DNA of 62,264 nt, filler included, from Globobulimina sp. (GCA_003354225.1; 26 parts of 26 records of this genome joined end to end with filler, not necessarily neighbours in it); one strand, 5' to 3'. Positions 12,091 to 24,230 are shown, counted from the whole stretch's first letter. The notes: a model not told the origin generated them from the letters alone. Numbers and translations are program-made.

Positions 12091-13020
12091 ATGGGTAATA
12101 CCAATGAAAAAGATTTCGACCCATTGGGTATGGGAGCTCATTATGGATTTGCACATCGAGTTAATGATAAAGATATGATTAGTAATGTTTTGAGCGGAGG
12201 TGCAAATGGTATTGAAATTGATATTTGTCTTGGCTCAAGTGTGGAATTATGTGGTGGTTGGTTTCCATGCGGTTTTATTTATGATTGGTGGGTAAGTCAT
12301 AACGATTTAGGTGTTTGCAATAATCCGACTGCACAAAAATTAAGTGAATGGTTAGCACAATTAAACGCTGAATTAGATGACGATGATTATGCAGCTCAAT
12401 TAGCAATGTTATGGTTAGATGTCAAAACGCCTGGTGATGATGCTATGGATGAAGTGCCTGGGATTGTGCATGCCGCAAACTTACCTGCAAGTCTTGACAT
12501 ATTATATGATTTAACTGCATTTGGACCAGAAAGTAAAAAGGGATTTCAAAACATTAAAGATAACTTAAATGATAATGAAGGGGTTAGTTTTTGTGCAGGA
12601 AAGTCATGCGGTGGCGACTTAGATACAGTCAAAGCCATTTACGACTATTACGTAACAGAGGAGTTTACGCGCGGTACTTTTAATCATGGTGATTCGATAA
12701 ATATTGATGAAGATTTTTTAGAAGAAGCAAATAAATATAAACAAACGTGGACCAATAAAGATCCATATGGATTTAAAATGGTATTAACGTGGACCAATGG
12801 CCTCCAAGACAGCATGGAAGATTACATGCAGTTCAGCCACGCGTATCACACAGACGGACAAATTATTGGCGGTTGGCATGAGGAATGGGACTCAAATGAT
12901 GATGAAACATATCTGGTGAATTTTGAGAATGCACTGGATGCAGCTTCAGAAACGAACTGGATAAGCAAAGCCAAAGCTTCACATGATCCATTCCATCCAT
13001 TCGCGGCGATCGGGTATTAA
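12091..13020 (+). CDS. Sphingomyelinase D / phospholipase D toxin-like protein (GDPD-like TIM barrel)
   Basis: FAHRVN (catalytic His), GANGIEIDI (Mg-binding E-x-D), WWVSHND (second His), LWLDVKTP (Asp/Lys), C-terminal ASHDPF plug-like motif. Confidence 0.82.
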   Translation: MGNTNEKDFDPLGMGAHYGFAHRVNDKDMISNVLSGGANGIEIDICLGSSVELCGGWFPCGFIYDWWVSHNDLGVCNNPTAQKLSEWLAQLNAELDDDDYAAQLAMLWLDVKTPGDDAMDEVPGIVHAANLPASLDILYDLTAFGPESKKGFQNIKDNLNDNEGVSFCAGKSCGGDLDTVKAIYDYYVTEEFTRGTFNHGDSINIDEDFLEEANKYKQTWTNKDPYGFKMVLTWTNGLQDSMEDYMQFSHAYHTDGQIIGGWHEEWDSNDDETYLVNFENALDAASETNWISKAKASHDPFHPFAAIGY

Positions 13021-13256
13021 TATTATTAGAATATTATGTAAATATATAATTATTAGAATGAGTTTTTGTCTCGGCATCCAAGAAGTTGTCAGGGATATTA
13101 ATAAAAATTTTTGTGTGTTTTATTAATATTTTAGTTTCTCATTCACTTTCGAACTTTTTTGTTGCGCGCTCAATGTCTTCAAACTATCCGTTCTATCATT
13201 TAATTTCTCGCCGGACAGTGCATAAAATAAAAACAAAAACCACAAATCAGCCATCA

Positions 13257-13733
13257 TCATTCATCAGTAATCAGTTCATCACAACAATGTTTCTTGTCAA
13301 TGGTGCCAAATAAGCGGGTGTGATATGGGAACTCTATGTTGTTGGCCAAGGCCAAGTCTTTGTCAATCTCGCTGTATACACATTGTATATAATATGTTTA
13401 AGATAATATATTACAATTTTGATACTGCGAAACATAGCTTAACTGTTTCCGAAACCACATCCATGGCATTTCCATCCTTTTGATATGTTTTATCATTTTG
13501 CTGATTTGGATATGATTGATACGTCTGATCAATTTCTTCATCGTCTCCCCAATTCGCTGCATCATCATCTCTGTAAACCAAAATAACAAATCCTGTTCCT
13601 TGCTTATGTTAGTTATGCTATTTCGAATTCGTATTTTAACGGAGAATTATTTTTATTCAAATGAATGTCAAATGGTTCATCCTATTTTTGATCAGGTTTA
13701 ATTGTTTTGGCTGCTTTACTTCCAATCTTCCAT
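13257..13733 (-). CDS. Small acidic hypothetical protein, 3 predicted exons
   Basis: Two GT-AG introns give MEDWKDDDAANWGDDEEID...FAVSKFEIDKDLAL...DELITDE*; no recognised domain. Confidence 0.4.
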
Positions 13734-13883
13734 TACTTCAAACTTGTGTTTTTTCTGGATTTTTTGGATTATTTTATCATTGTGACAGTGTGACTGCAAA
13801 TCAAACATATATACAGTAGTCAGTAGTGGACTAAGTGGATTCATAAACAAGTATATATTTCAATTTTAAATCAGCTTTTTTTC

Positions 13884-14300
13884 TCAACAGAACAAAAAAC
13901 ATGTTCTTGCTGTGATATCTCTTTTCTTATTACATATTTTACATTGATAACAAATACAACAACAACAATACTTTGTTGTACATTTCCAATATTTATGCGA
14001 TGACCCAAACATTAACCAAATACATACAATATTTATCATTATTAGCCATACAATTTGAGCAATAAATTTGCTGCTTGCAAATATCAACAAAAATAGCCAT
14101 AGAATACTACTTATCACAATAATGAATATCAATATGGTATGTTGTTTAATCAACTCATGTAATGACCATATTCGTTTAGCAGTATAATTATGTTTACCAG
14201 ACGCAGCTTCCTCCATTACTTCGTCCACAGTCAATCGCCTTGGTGCCACTGCCACTGCCTTATGTAATTCAATTTTATTTCTGCTCATTTCATCCAAATG
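13884..14300 (-). CDS. C-terminal part of a GPCR-like multi-TM protein
   Basis: Long loop, then two TM helices and a Cys cluster (KYCCCCICY) typical of palmitoylated 7TM tails. Confidence 0.55.
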   Translation of the reverse strand, partial: HLDEMSRNKIELHKAVAVAPRRLTVDEVMEEAASGKHNYTAKRIWSLHELIKQHTILIFIIVISSILWLFLLIFASSKFIAQIVWLIMINIVCIWLMFGSSHKYWKCTTKYCCCCICYQCKICNKKRDITARTCFLFC

Positions 14301-14400
14301 NNNNNNNNNNNNNNNNNNNNNNNNNNNNNNNNNNNNNNNNNNNNTTAATTAATTAANNNNNNNNNNNNNNNNNNNNNNNNNNNNNNNNNNNNNNNNNNNN

Positions 14401-15083
14401 ACGAGGGAGCGGGAGAGTTACGTGGGATGCAGAGACATTTGTATTTGTCGCATAAGTTAAATCGGAGAGGTGGCCGCGATATAAGCTCCTTAAAATTCTG
14501 TCCGTACGAAGATGTGTTAGGTATTGGGAACACCGATGGATTTGCCTCCATTGTGGTGCCTGGAGCTGGCGAGCCGAATTATGACTTATTTGAAAACAAT
14601 CCATTTGAAACTAAGAGACAGAGGAATAATAAAATCGTGTACCAATTGTTGGATAAGTTGCAGCCTGACATGATTCAAATGGATCCGAATTTTATTGCAA
14701 ATACGCCGCGGGCCAATTATATTGAAGAGAGTCAACAGGAAAGCAAAGTTGATAGGAAATGGGCGCGGAAAAATGTCAACAAAAATGTGAAAAAGGGATA
14801 TCGCGGTGTGATTCATAAACGATATTCGAAATATTTACATATGAAGGATTTGCATGTAAGACAGGAGAGATTGATCAAACAATTGAATGTGCGAAAGAAA
14901 TTGCATTCCAATGAAGCAAAAGCACAGAGTTTGAAAACCAAAGATAAGATCGTAAAACATTTAACAAGACGAAGGGATGAAATACCCGCTGCTTTGAATA
15001 GATTTAGCGGACCAAAACAAAGCACAAATCATCAACAATTCAAATCTCATTGGCGAAGGAGAGCAAAAAAGATACATTTTTAA
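14401..15083 (+). CDS. WDR46: WDR46/Utp7 SSU-processome protein, C-terminal (BING4CT) part
   Basis: FCPYEDVLGIG, SIVVPGAGEPNYD, NPFETKRQR, LLDKLQPDMI, ALNRF. Confidence 0.93.
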
Positions 15084-15210
15084 CATTTATGTTGTTTTAT
15101 TACCTTTATATACGTTGCAGTGCTTGCATCAGTTCAGTTGCATGAAAATTAACATAATTTGATTTATGAAACGTGTTTCTCAATTTAAGACCGTCTATAA
15201 TTGCTATTCC

Positions 15211-15960
15211 TCATTTTTCTTTGTTTTTATCCGGTTGAATTTTTCCATCCAGATAAGTGCTTTTGAACGCAATCAAATTATGATGAGCACATGATATGAT
15301 TTCCATTGTTTTATCTCTTTTAATGAGCAAACCGATGCCAACAATTATTATGGATAACGTTGAGATCAATGCCAATAATGGAATAACAATGGATGAATAA
15401 AGAAACCAGATTGCAACAAATGTTCCAAACAATAGACCTTTTAATACTTTTTTGTTATCTCTAAAGCTCCAAATTAAGACAGCCCACGAGAACGCTGTGA
15501 GTAAAATGCTCCAATAAGTTGCCATGATGTGTTACCAAAAAATGAATTCAAATCTCATCATATCCTTGCACTCAAAGCAAAATTGAAATCATTAATGATC
15601 TAAAATGTACTCAATATATGTTGAATTTTATTTACATTATCTAATATCAGTTAATTTTATGATAGAAACCTCGAGTAAGTGATATCAAATTGCATATTCC
15701 CACCTTTTTCATTATATCTATATGCCATGGTTTCGTATATTCCAACCCATCATACCACTTATTATCATATCCGGTAACGCAGCAACACAATTTCCAATTT
15801 AATTATATATACTTGTTCTTATAGGTTTTGTTCACCCTCCACAACGTCCACTAAATTCCATCTCAACACTCCAATACCAGGTCGATGATCGACAATAATT
15901 TTGAATCTCTTTTGTAACCACCGGATATTTCAACCAATCAACACGCGAACTGTCCATCAT
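15211..15960 (-). pseudogene. Fragmented membrane-protein gene, probably decayed
   Basis: Hydrophobic ORF 15211-15525 plus upstream coding-like pieces (MMDSSRVDWLKYP..., WYDGLEYTKPWH) that I could not splice cleanly into one frame. Confidence 0.3.
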
Positions 15961-16799
15961 TTGTCCACAACAACAACATCAATTTGCCGCTTTCTTAGTA
16001 TGGTTGTTTTATTACAAAATACATTGACGTTTGATGTCGTTTTTAACTAATCCAATTTAAATGGCCATGGATCTGCTGCAGTTGTTTGATAAGTTTGCTG
16101 ACTAAAACGAAAAAACCTTTTGAACAGAAAAGCTGTCAAATTTTATTAAAACTAGTACTGATAAAGAAACATCATTTGGGTGTATCCAATTTAAATTTTG
16201 TGCAAGGATAAATAAAAATAAATAATTAAAAAATAACAATGGTATAATTAATGACAGAATTTGAAACACATTAACCATAAAAATTATTGTTTGAAGATCC
16301 ACACTGTTAATAATTTAACTATTCCATATGGCCAATGTCGACGTTGCGTATGGTAATTCTGCATATAAAATAATATATATATGGTGTTAGTGTTAAGTAA
16401 GAAGGGCATGATCAATATTTATGTATAAGCCATGCTAGCGGCAAAACGACAAATTTTTTATTTGTAGAATCAAAATTAATACGGATTAGTCCTTTCCGTA
16501 TCAACGCTACTGTAAAAGTGGTATGTCATCCACCGTGCATTTGTATGTAGGCCAGTGCACACCCGGGCAATTACGGACTAATTAGAGGTAACACCACAAG
16601 AGCTACCCGCTAGTTTTAACACATAGAAATATATAGATTCACGCAGAGAGACTCCTTAACTGTCTACATCTAAACCATCAGTGCAAGGATACACAATCTN
16701 NNNNNNNNNNNNNNNNNNNNNNNNNNNNNNNNNNNNNNNNNNNTTAATTAATTAANNNNNNNNNNNNNNNNNNNNNNNNNNNNNNNNNNNNNNNNNNNN

Positions 16800-17165
16800 G
16801 AAGGTGATGGATTTTTTATTGTTTATGCAGTAAATTCACGTGAATCCTTCGAATAGGCTGAACTCATTCGAGGTAAAATCATTCGAATATTGGATGTAGA
16901 CAGCGATGAACCGGATATCCCAATGGTTTTGGCTGGGAATAAATGTGATTTAGTGAACGAACGTAAAGTGCAAAGGAGTGAATTGGATGAAATACAGAGA
17001 GAATGGAAATGTTCTGTTTTTGAAACATCTGCAAAGGACAAAACAAATATTGATGAGGCCTTCTTTCAGGTTGTGAGGGAAATTCGGGACAGAAAAGAAA
17101 AGGATACACCCGATGTTAAAAAGACCACTGGGAAAAGATCTTTCACACTTTGTAATATTTTATAA
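16800..17165 (+). CDS. Ras/Rap-family GTPase, C-terminal half, with in-frame TAG at 16854-16856
   Basis: EGDGFFIVYAVNSRESFE*AE, LAGNKCDL (G4), FETSAK (G5), CAAX box CNIL. Confidence 0.88.
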
Positions 17166-17339
17166 GCAAAATGTATGCTTATTTACTTTTTTTTTCTTGT
17201 TGAAAGTGTCTTATTAATAAATTTTTGTGATTGAAAATTAAATCTTGCAAAGAGCATCTATGAGATTGAGATTGAGACAGTGAGTCTGTGACAACAAACA
17301 GTGGCCGGGCGGGCGAAGTAGATTGTTACAAGCGATTTA

Positions 17340-17585
17340 TTATTCAGTATCTTCGGGATCATTGTATCTGTTCCCTCTAAATCTATTCCTCGGATCCCAT
17401 TCGCCATGTCTGCATAACCATAATATCCTCCTTTCGTGATAACAAGGTGGGTCTGGCTCACCTTCATCAAATATTTGTTTCCAATGTTTTATGCATTTTT
17501 CAAACGATTTGTGCTCTTTATAGCATTTTGATGTCAATACACATTCCAAAAATTTCACTTTTGGTTTATGACAGGATTCAGCCAT
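17340..17585 (-). CDS. COA5: Cytochrome c oxidase assembly factor 5 (Pet191)
   Basis: Twin CX9C-type Cys spacing and C-terminal DPRNRFRGN. Confidence 0.85.
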   Translation of the reverse strand: MAESCHKPKVKFLECVLTSKCYKEHKSFEKCIKHWKQIFDEGEPDPPCYHERRILWLCRHGEWDPRNRFRGNRYNDPEDTE

Positions 17586-17770
17586 TATATATAAAAAGTA
17601 GACAGCAGGCGAAATTTCCAATAACTTCTCGTGTAATACAACTTAAAACCACTGTACTTCGTCTTAAAATATGAGCGTGAGGATGGTATCCATTTATTTT
17701 GAAACTAAATCCGATATTTTTTTTAAGTTGTTTTTTTATTTGTATCGCCGCAACTGAACTGAACTGCATA

Positions 17771-18482
17771 ATGGCTTCTGACATGAAACAGCAAGGGTTA
17801 GAAAAAGTTGATTTATCAAAGGAGAAACGGAAATACACTAAATTGGCCGATTTATACTCCATTATAATCACCGTTGAACATTTAGAGATAGTATGGGCAC
17901 GAGGTTGCTGTGAAGATGAAGATTACACACAACAGTGCCAAAAACTAATAACACGCTACAAATCAATTCTACCGACCATAGATGCGTATTATCCTAAAAT
18001 CGATGCCTTTTTCCAAGAATATTGTCCCGACTGTCATGCTGCTCGCAATAGATTGGTAACTATCGGGGTGCCGGCCACTACATTCCATGGTTCCTCGCAA
18101 AATAAATTAAATGATGCAAAAGGTTTACAATTAACAATTGCTCAAACTGTGCAATATTTTATTACCACTGTTGATGGATTACAATTAAGTTTAAAAGCTG
18201 TGGATGAAGTTAAGTACATTGCGATTATGCGTATTAATTATGATATAATTAAATTACTCTATTTTTCAGATCCATCCCCATTTAAAAGATTTAATGGAAT
18301 CTGTGAATAAAGTGACGACATTGCCACCTGATCACGTGGCAAAGACCAAGGTTCAAGAATGGTTAATAAAATTAAATGCAATGAAAGCAGCGGATGAATT
18401 AAATGATGATGATATAAGACAAATGACTTTTGATTTAGAGAATGCTTATTCTGAATTTGTTAAATTTTTGCAAGGAAATTAA
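17771..18482 (+). CDS. VPS28: ESCRT-I subunit Vps28, intron 18209-18269
   Basis: LADLYSIIITVEHLE, AQTVQYFITTVDGLQL..KAVDE|IHPHLKDL, WLIKLNAMKAADEL..DIRQMTFDLENAY. Confidence 0.95.
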
Positions 18483-18562
18483 ATGTTTAAATTGTAAAAG
18501 CGTGATTGTGAGTGTTGAAAAAAATTTTGTTGTGCAACTCAACTAACTTTGTTTTTTAATAA

Positions 18563-19098
18563 ATGGCAACTTTAAATCAAAATCCTTTAATCAACGCGAA
18601 TTCCGACAATGTATCGTCGATTGTTTTAGCACATAATAAAAATATTGGTTCTATTTTTAATGTGAATAATAATTATAATGAATGGGAAAATGAAAATTTG
18701 TTATTTGATGATGATGATAATGATATTGAAATGAATAACGAAAACAAGGAGTGTAAAAGTGGCTCATTTGATACAGATGAATTTACAACATCGGAGATAT
18801 TCGAAATGATTCGAAACATTAACGATCCGGAACATCCGTTAACTTTGGAACAGTTAGCTGTGGTAAAAGTGGATGATATTAAAATAAATGAAAACAATAA
18901 AAACAAAATATTGGTAAATTATACACCAACAATACCGCATTGTTCTATGGCAACACTAATTGGATTAAGCATAAAAGTAAAATTATTGAGGTCTTTGCCA
19001 TCCAGATTCAAGGTGAAAATTAAAATAACGCCTGGAACACATCAATCTGAAACAGATATAAATAAACAATTGAATGATAAAGAAAGAGTTGCTGCTGC
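18563..19098 (+). CDS. CIAO2B: Cytosolic Fe-S assembly component CIA2 (FAM96/MIP18), 3'-truncated
   Basis: [45 protein letters not shown]. Confidence 0.93.
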
Positions 19099-19198
19099 NN
19101 NNNNNNNNNNNNNNNNNNNNNNNNNNNNNNNNNNNNNNNNNNTTAATTAATTAANNNNNNNNNNNNNNNNNNNNNNNNNNNNNNNNNNNNNNNNNNNN

Positions 19199-19738
19199 AG
19201 TCATATTTCTACAAATATATAATAATATTTAGTGTGCAGGAACATCTTGTAGCGATGCAGCATTTCTTTATGAAGAAGACAACACATCATATGGTGATAT
19301 TAAATATGAAGATCTTTGCGATATTTGTGAGGCAGTAAATATGGACGACTGCGGTCCATGTCAGAATAAGGTGTGTTGCAAATAAATATATAATTATCCG
19401 GATATTGTATATTTTTTGTGGTTGAAAATATCCAGTTAGCCGGGCAAATATGGTTTGGTTGTGTGATTTGTGGTATATGTTTAGGTGCCTTTGGTATAAT
19501 ATATTTAATCTGTTCAGCGACCCGAGGCTTTGGTGGAGTGATGTTAGTGATAAGTTGTGGTGTCGGGTTAATTGCTGTTGTTGGATTTATTGCATTAACA
19601 AAGGTTGATGCTGGGTGTTATGATCGGACCAACGCAGACTATGAACCTGCTGCATCAATATATTGTGTTATTGTTGGAATGGTTTGTTTTTTAATTGGTG
19701 GTATTTTATCATGTGGAGCGGGCAAATATGACACATAG
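19199..19738 (+). CDS. Small multi-TM (claudin/tetraspan-like) membrane protein, 5'-truncated, with introns
   Basis: Cys-rich extracellular exon followed by three Gly/Cys-rich TM helices. Confidence 0.5.
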
Positions 19739-20430
19739 AGTTGTTTAAAAATACATGTACATATTGTGCAAGGATACATTTGATTTATAGATTCACTGTA
19801 GTAAATATTCACTGTTCTTTTTTTTAGTTGTCATTTTTAATTGTAATTATAATGTAGTTCAATTTTAGTTGAGATTGCAACATGTACAAAAGACTAGATT
19901 GTTTTCACAAATACGATTTAAAAAACGTTGCTGTGATTAATTCAATTCAGTTATCCGAAAGGATAATTTTTTTTTAATTGTAAACAGAAGATGCACCGAT
20001 AAGTTTTGATACAATTTAAATAGAAAAGAAAAGAAACACTATCTATTAAGAAAATAAAAACAAAAAAATATGCGAATTTTGAATTTTTGTTTGCTAGATT
20101 ATATAAATAACGATCAACAACACAAAAAGAAACATGCGTTAGTTTGTGGTGCTTTTTTAATTAATATGAATACAATGAAAAAAAAAAGAAAAAAAAGATA
20201 TATAAAAGTATACAATAAACTTAAAAAAATACAGATTAAAATTAAATCTTTTGAACTAGAAACGGGTGAAATATCCGCCCATCAAACATTTCGTTTCCAC
20301 GGCCATTCAAAACATTTATTCAAAGAAAAAAAAAGGTAATAAAAAAAAGGATAGGAGTATAAAAATATAAAAGCTAAATTTCACACAATAAAAATTCCAA
20401 AACGATGTCGAAAATTCTTTCAAAACTAAC

Positions 20431-21497
20431 TCAATAATAAATTGATTTTTGTTTTTTCAATAAGTGTGAGACGGCTTTTGTATTTTGAATTATTTTTTTA
20501 CTTAATCTCGTTTTATTTGCTAGTCCTAAATCTTGGATGATTTCCTTCGGTCTCACCATTAAACCCTTACCATCTTTTTATGTTTAATTTGTACACAACA
20601 AAATGTCAACACGTTTCTGTAAATAAAAACACAAACCTTTGCAGGAAAAGTATCGTATTCCATCCACAGTGCCATCATGTTCACCATCACCATATTCAAC
20701 CATAATTCCAACCCATTCCTCATAATGTTTACCAAAATCTGTGCGTCCGCGAAATTTACAAATGCCAATGGTATTATCTTCCAATCGATATCTACGTTTT
20801 ACTTTGATTTCCCTCCCCGTTTTGGATAAATTATCCCTTTCCCGGTCCTCTTTGGATTTTTTTCTTTTCTGCTTTTTCTTCTTTTTCTTTTTTTCTTTTT
20901 TATCGTCTTCATGATCCAATAGCCGTTGTTTCTCGATCGCTTTTCTCCGCATTTTATCCAATTGACTTTCCGGTTTATATGTTTTTTGATATTCGTATAA
21001 ATCCCATGAATCATACACATCTTCTTCGATTGCATGCGATTCGCTGATAATAATTGGTTTGGGGGTTTTGTGTTTTTTCTTTTTCTTTTTCTTTTTTGTT
21101 CGCGGTGTATTGTGCTTTTTGATATATTCTTCGTATTTCGCTATTTCTTGATTTTCTTCGCACTCAGATAATGGTTTTAATTCTTTGTTAATTTTTAAGG
21201 TGGAAATATCTGTTTTAATATTTTGGTTTTCAATCGGTGCGTCTTCCACTTTCGATTCTTTCTCATCGCCATCTGAAACCTCACTGTTATCCCACGGACA
21301 ATCATTCATTTCCCCATTTTCATGTTCGTTCTTTTCATGGTTTTCGGTGTTATCAATATTATTTTCGTCCATATTTTCGTCCACATTTTCGTTATTTTCG
21401 GTGTTTTCAATATTATTGTTTTCGGCCACATTTCCATCCACATTGTCGTCCACATTTTCGGCGTCTTCAATATTATTTTCACTCTCATTTTCATCCG
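20431..21497 (-). CDS. CAP-Gly domain protein with N/E/D-rich low-complexity N-terminus, 5'-truncated, one intron
   Basis: GICKFRGRTDFG...WVGI...GEHDGTVDGIRYFSCK|DGKGLMVRP. Confidence 0.85.
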
Positions 21498-21993
21498 NNN
21501 NNNNNNNNNNNNNNNNNNNNNNNNNNNNNNNNNNNNNNNNNTTAATTAATTAANNNNNNNNNNNNNNNNNNNNNNNNNNNNNNNNNNNNNNNNNNNNCAA
21601 CGATTAACTATTGCTATTTTTAATGATGGTCCTTTTGATGGAATGATATATCAATATGATGAAAATCAAAAACTTTTCCCATACAAAACATATAAATCGC
21701 ATATTGAGTCCATTTTGTATTCTATAGGTGGCCAAGATTGGGCTAAGAATAATAATTAAATTATATGTACATTTTTCTTTGTATAATTTACCGATTTCCG
21801 AATTTGAACACTCCCTTATACCAACTCCAACATTTCCCCTTTAGAAGTTCATAAAATTCATAAATTTAAGTATTAACTACAGAACAAATAGTACGACATC
21901 GCTATCGACAACTGTTTTGGTATCTGATTAAGGTAAATTCGATGATAAATGTATGTACAAATTAATGTTATGTACAATATGTATTCAATTTAA

Positions 21994-22813
21994 TTATAAA
22001 CCAAAGATAATCAACAACACACTCACTGGACCAATTATCATAAACCCTATAGCTGTATGAACAGTAGCACCACCAGCCAGTACTAACGTAACATTATAAC
22101 TTGTTGAATTGGAGTTACTGGATGAAGTTGGTGGTGCATTAGGGAACCATTTAGCAGTATCATCGCCAGGCGGAGGCGCTATTGTAAATGTATATGTTTC
22201 AACTCCACACGTTGTATATCCCTCATATGCAGATGGCCCACCTGTCGATAAATCATATGTCACCATATCAACACTGAATACAACATCGCAACTGTTTGGT
22301 TTTGCTATAACACTGGCCTCTGATGCATGCACTACTGAATTCCATCCATATTTATTCATCGCAAAGTCATAAACCGCTATCTCTACTTGACGCCATCCGC
22401 CTGTTCTCTGCCACTGAGCAGACTGAGGTACCACATTCAGACTGATATCAGGCCCTCCATTGCTGAGTGCGATCACATGACCTTTATCCAAACCATATGC
22501 AGTGCCTGTTGGATATCCATTGTATGGATCCGGCGCGGCTGGCCTTCCAGTCGTTGAAAGTGGCACTATAATTCCTTGCACCTTCCATATTTGTCCTGCT
22601 ATATTCCCTGACAAAGGACTATAAGTTATGGTTACATCACCTGCCCTGTAGAAATATATAATGTTCTGTAGTTATTACACATAAATAAATATAACCATAC
22701 CATCCTGGCCTATAATAACTACCCCATATCACATTTGTTTGGTGAATTTGATTTTGAGAGTTTGCCATATGAACCAATGTTAACGCTTCCACAAAGATAG
22801 CAAGCAGTGCCAT
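21994..22813 (-). CDS. Secreted, C-terminally anchored DNA/RNA non-specific endonuclease (His-Me finger, Endonuclea_NS_2-like), one intron
   Basis: Signal peptide MALLAIFVEALTLVHMANS; LDKGHVIALSNGG...NVVPQ...GGWRQVE; S/T-rich linker and hydrophobic C-terminus; intron joins RPGW to AGDVTITYSPLSG. Confidence 0.8.
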
Positions 22814-22869
22814 GATGAAATTCAAAAACTTGTGTATTTCTTTTTACTTTGGACTTTAGTTTATCGACC

Positions 22870-23896
22870 ATGGCACATAGCGCTTCCGCGCCACCGTACA
22901 AAAAACGGCGAGTAATGCCACAATCTGTTACTGATTATTCAAGAACACCGTCACCACCGATTACTCCGGATCCAAAATACAGGAATAATAAAAATACAAA
23001 TTCATTTAAAACCCCTTTGTGGAATCATCGAATTCGAGTACCTCACGTCAATTCAACACCGATTCGAAATTACTTTACGCAGTTTACAAATAATACAAAT
23101 GTAAATGCAAACTCAGAGAGAAATACAAATCAGGCAATAACACCAAGAACCAAATGGCAAAATTCTGATAAAATTATCCCTTTTCCACCAACTACATTAT
23201 TACAACACAAACAACGCAAAAATGTAACTATATCAAATAATAAATATAACGAATTGTATCATCCATTATGTGATAGTATCAACAATCGAATAGATTTAAA
23301 TGTATTTGGTGAATCATACTTGAATAAAAGTAAAAAATATTATGATAAAAATCCATTTTTAGATCCTTTGTTACAAACAAAACTGAGAGATAACGTATTT
23401 AAGTTAACCTGCGACATAAATGACTATAAAAAGGCGAAAAAACAATCCGATGACAGTGACAACAGTGACTGCAACGACAACGACCATGACTTTGCTATGG
23501 ATATTTTAGAAACTTATGACGACGCTGCAATCACAGATATATTGAACAATGTGGACAATGACTCTGATTTCGAGCTTGCTCCTTCAAAAATGGAGCGAGC
23601 AAAACAATTCATTCAATATTTGCGTGGCGACAACGGTAAGAATGGCAATGAGGAGGACAGTTATAATGAGATGAAAGAAGGAGTTATTTTTCTGAGCGGA
23701 GTTCTGGAATATATCGCTATGAACATTGTAGACAGTGCTGGATACTTAGCCATCGCAAATAAGTCAACAACAGAGCCGGATGGTAATGGCGATGGTAACC
23801 ATGCAGAAATAGTTCGAGATTTTATGAATGAAAATAAGAATATGCTGACCCAATACGATAAAGATGTATTTAAGCATGATATTGATAAGAATTGTA
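22870..23896 (+). CDS. Hypothetical protein containing a histone H2A-like segment, 3'-truncated
   Basis: GVIFLSGVLEYIAMNIVDSAGYLAIANK resembles the H2A helix 2 [28 protein letters not shown]; N-terminal PPYKKRR NLS-like motif. Confidence 0.6.
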
Positions 23897-23996
23897 NNNN
23901 NNNNNNNNNNNNNNNNNNNNNNNNNNNNNNNNNNNNNNNNTTAATTAATTAANNNNNNNNNNNNNNNNNNNNNNNNNNNNNNNNNNNNNNNNNNNN

Positions 23997-24165
23997 TTAA
24001 ATGATGATCGTTTTGCTGGTTTAAATAGTTTTGATAAAAATGATTAAAAATGCATGCCAATATTATCTTTGTATCAAATAATTCAATTAATAGTTGCAAA
24101 ATAACATACAATTCTGCTTCTGTTAATTTGGACGAGAGCAGTCGGAATTGAATCAATTGTTCCAT
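23997..24165 (-). CDS. Hypothetical protein, N-terminal fragment
   Basis: ATG at 24165 opens MEQLIQFRLLSSKL... to the contig edge; head-to-head with the next gene. Confidence 0.4.
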
Positions 24166-24230
24166 TTGCACGGATTTTAATGCTAAAAACAAAGGTAGAA
24201 AAGATTTTGTTTTTTGTAGTAAAGAGAACA

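Noticed and set aside
16430-16699. Possible Helitron 3' end or structured RNA in a GC-richer patch
   Set aside because: CTAG is present, but I found no convincing subterminal hairpin and no tRNA or snRNA motifs
16854-16856. Alternative genetic code (TAG or TGA reassigned)
   Set aside because: TAG ends the G-alpha gene (60869-60871) and TGA ends several others; only two isolated in-frame stops were seen, of different types
16800-19098. Functional operon of Ras, COA5, VPS28 and CIA2
   Set aside because: Unrelated functions and mixed strands; reflects genome compaction only
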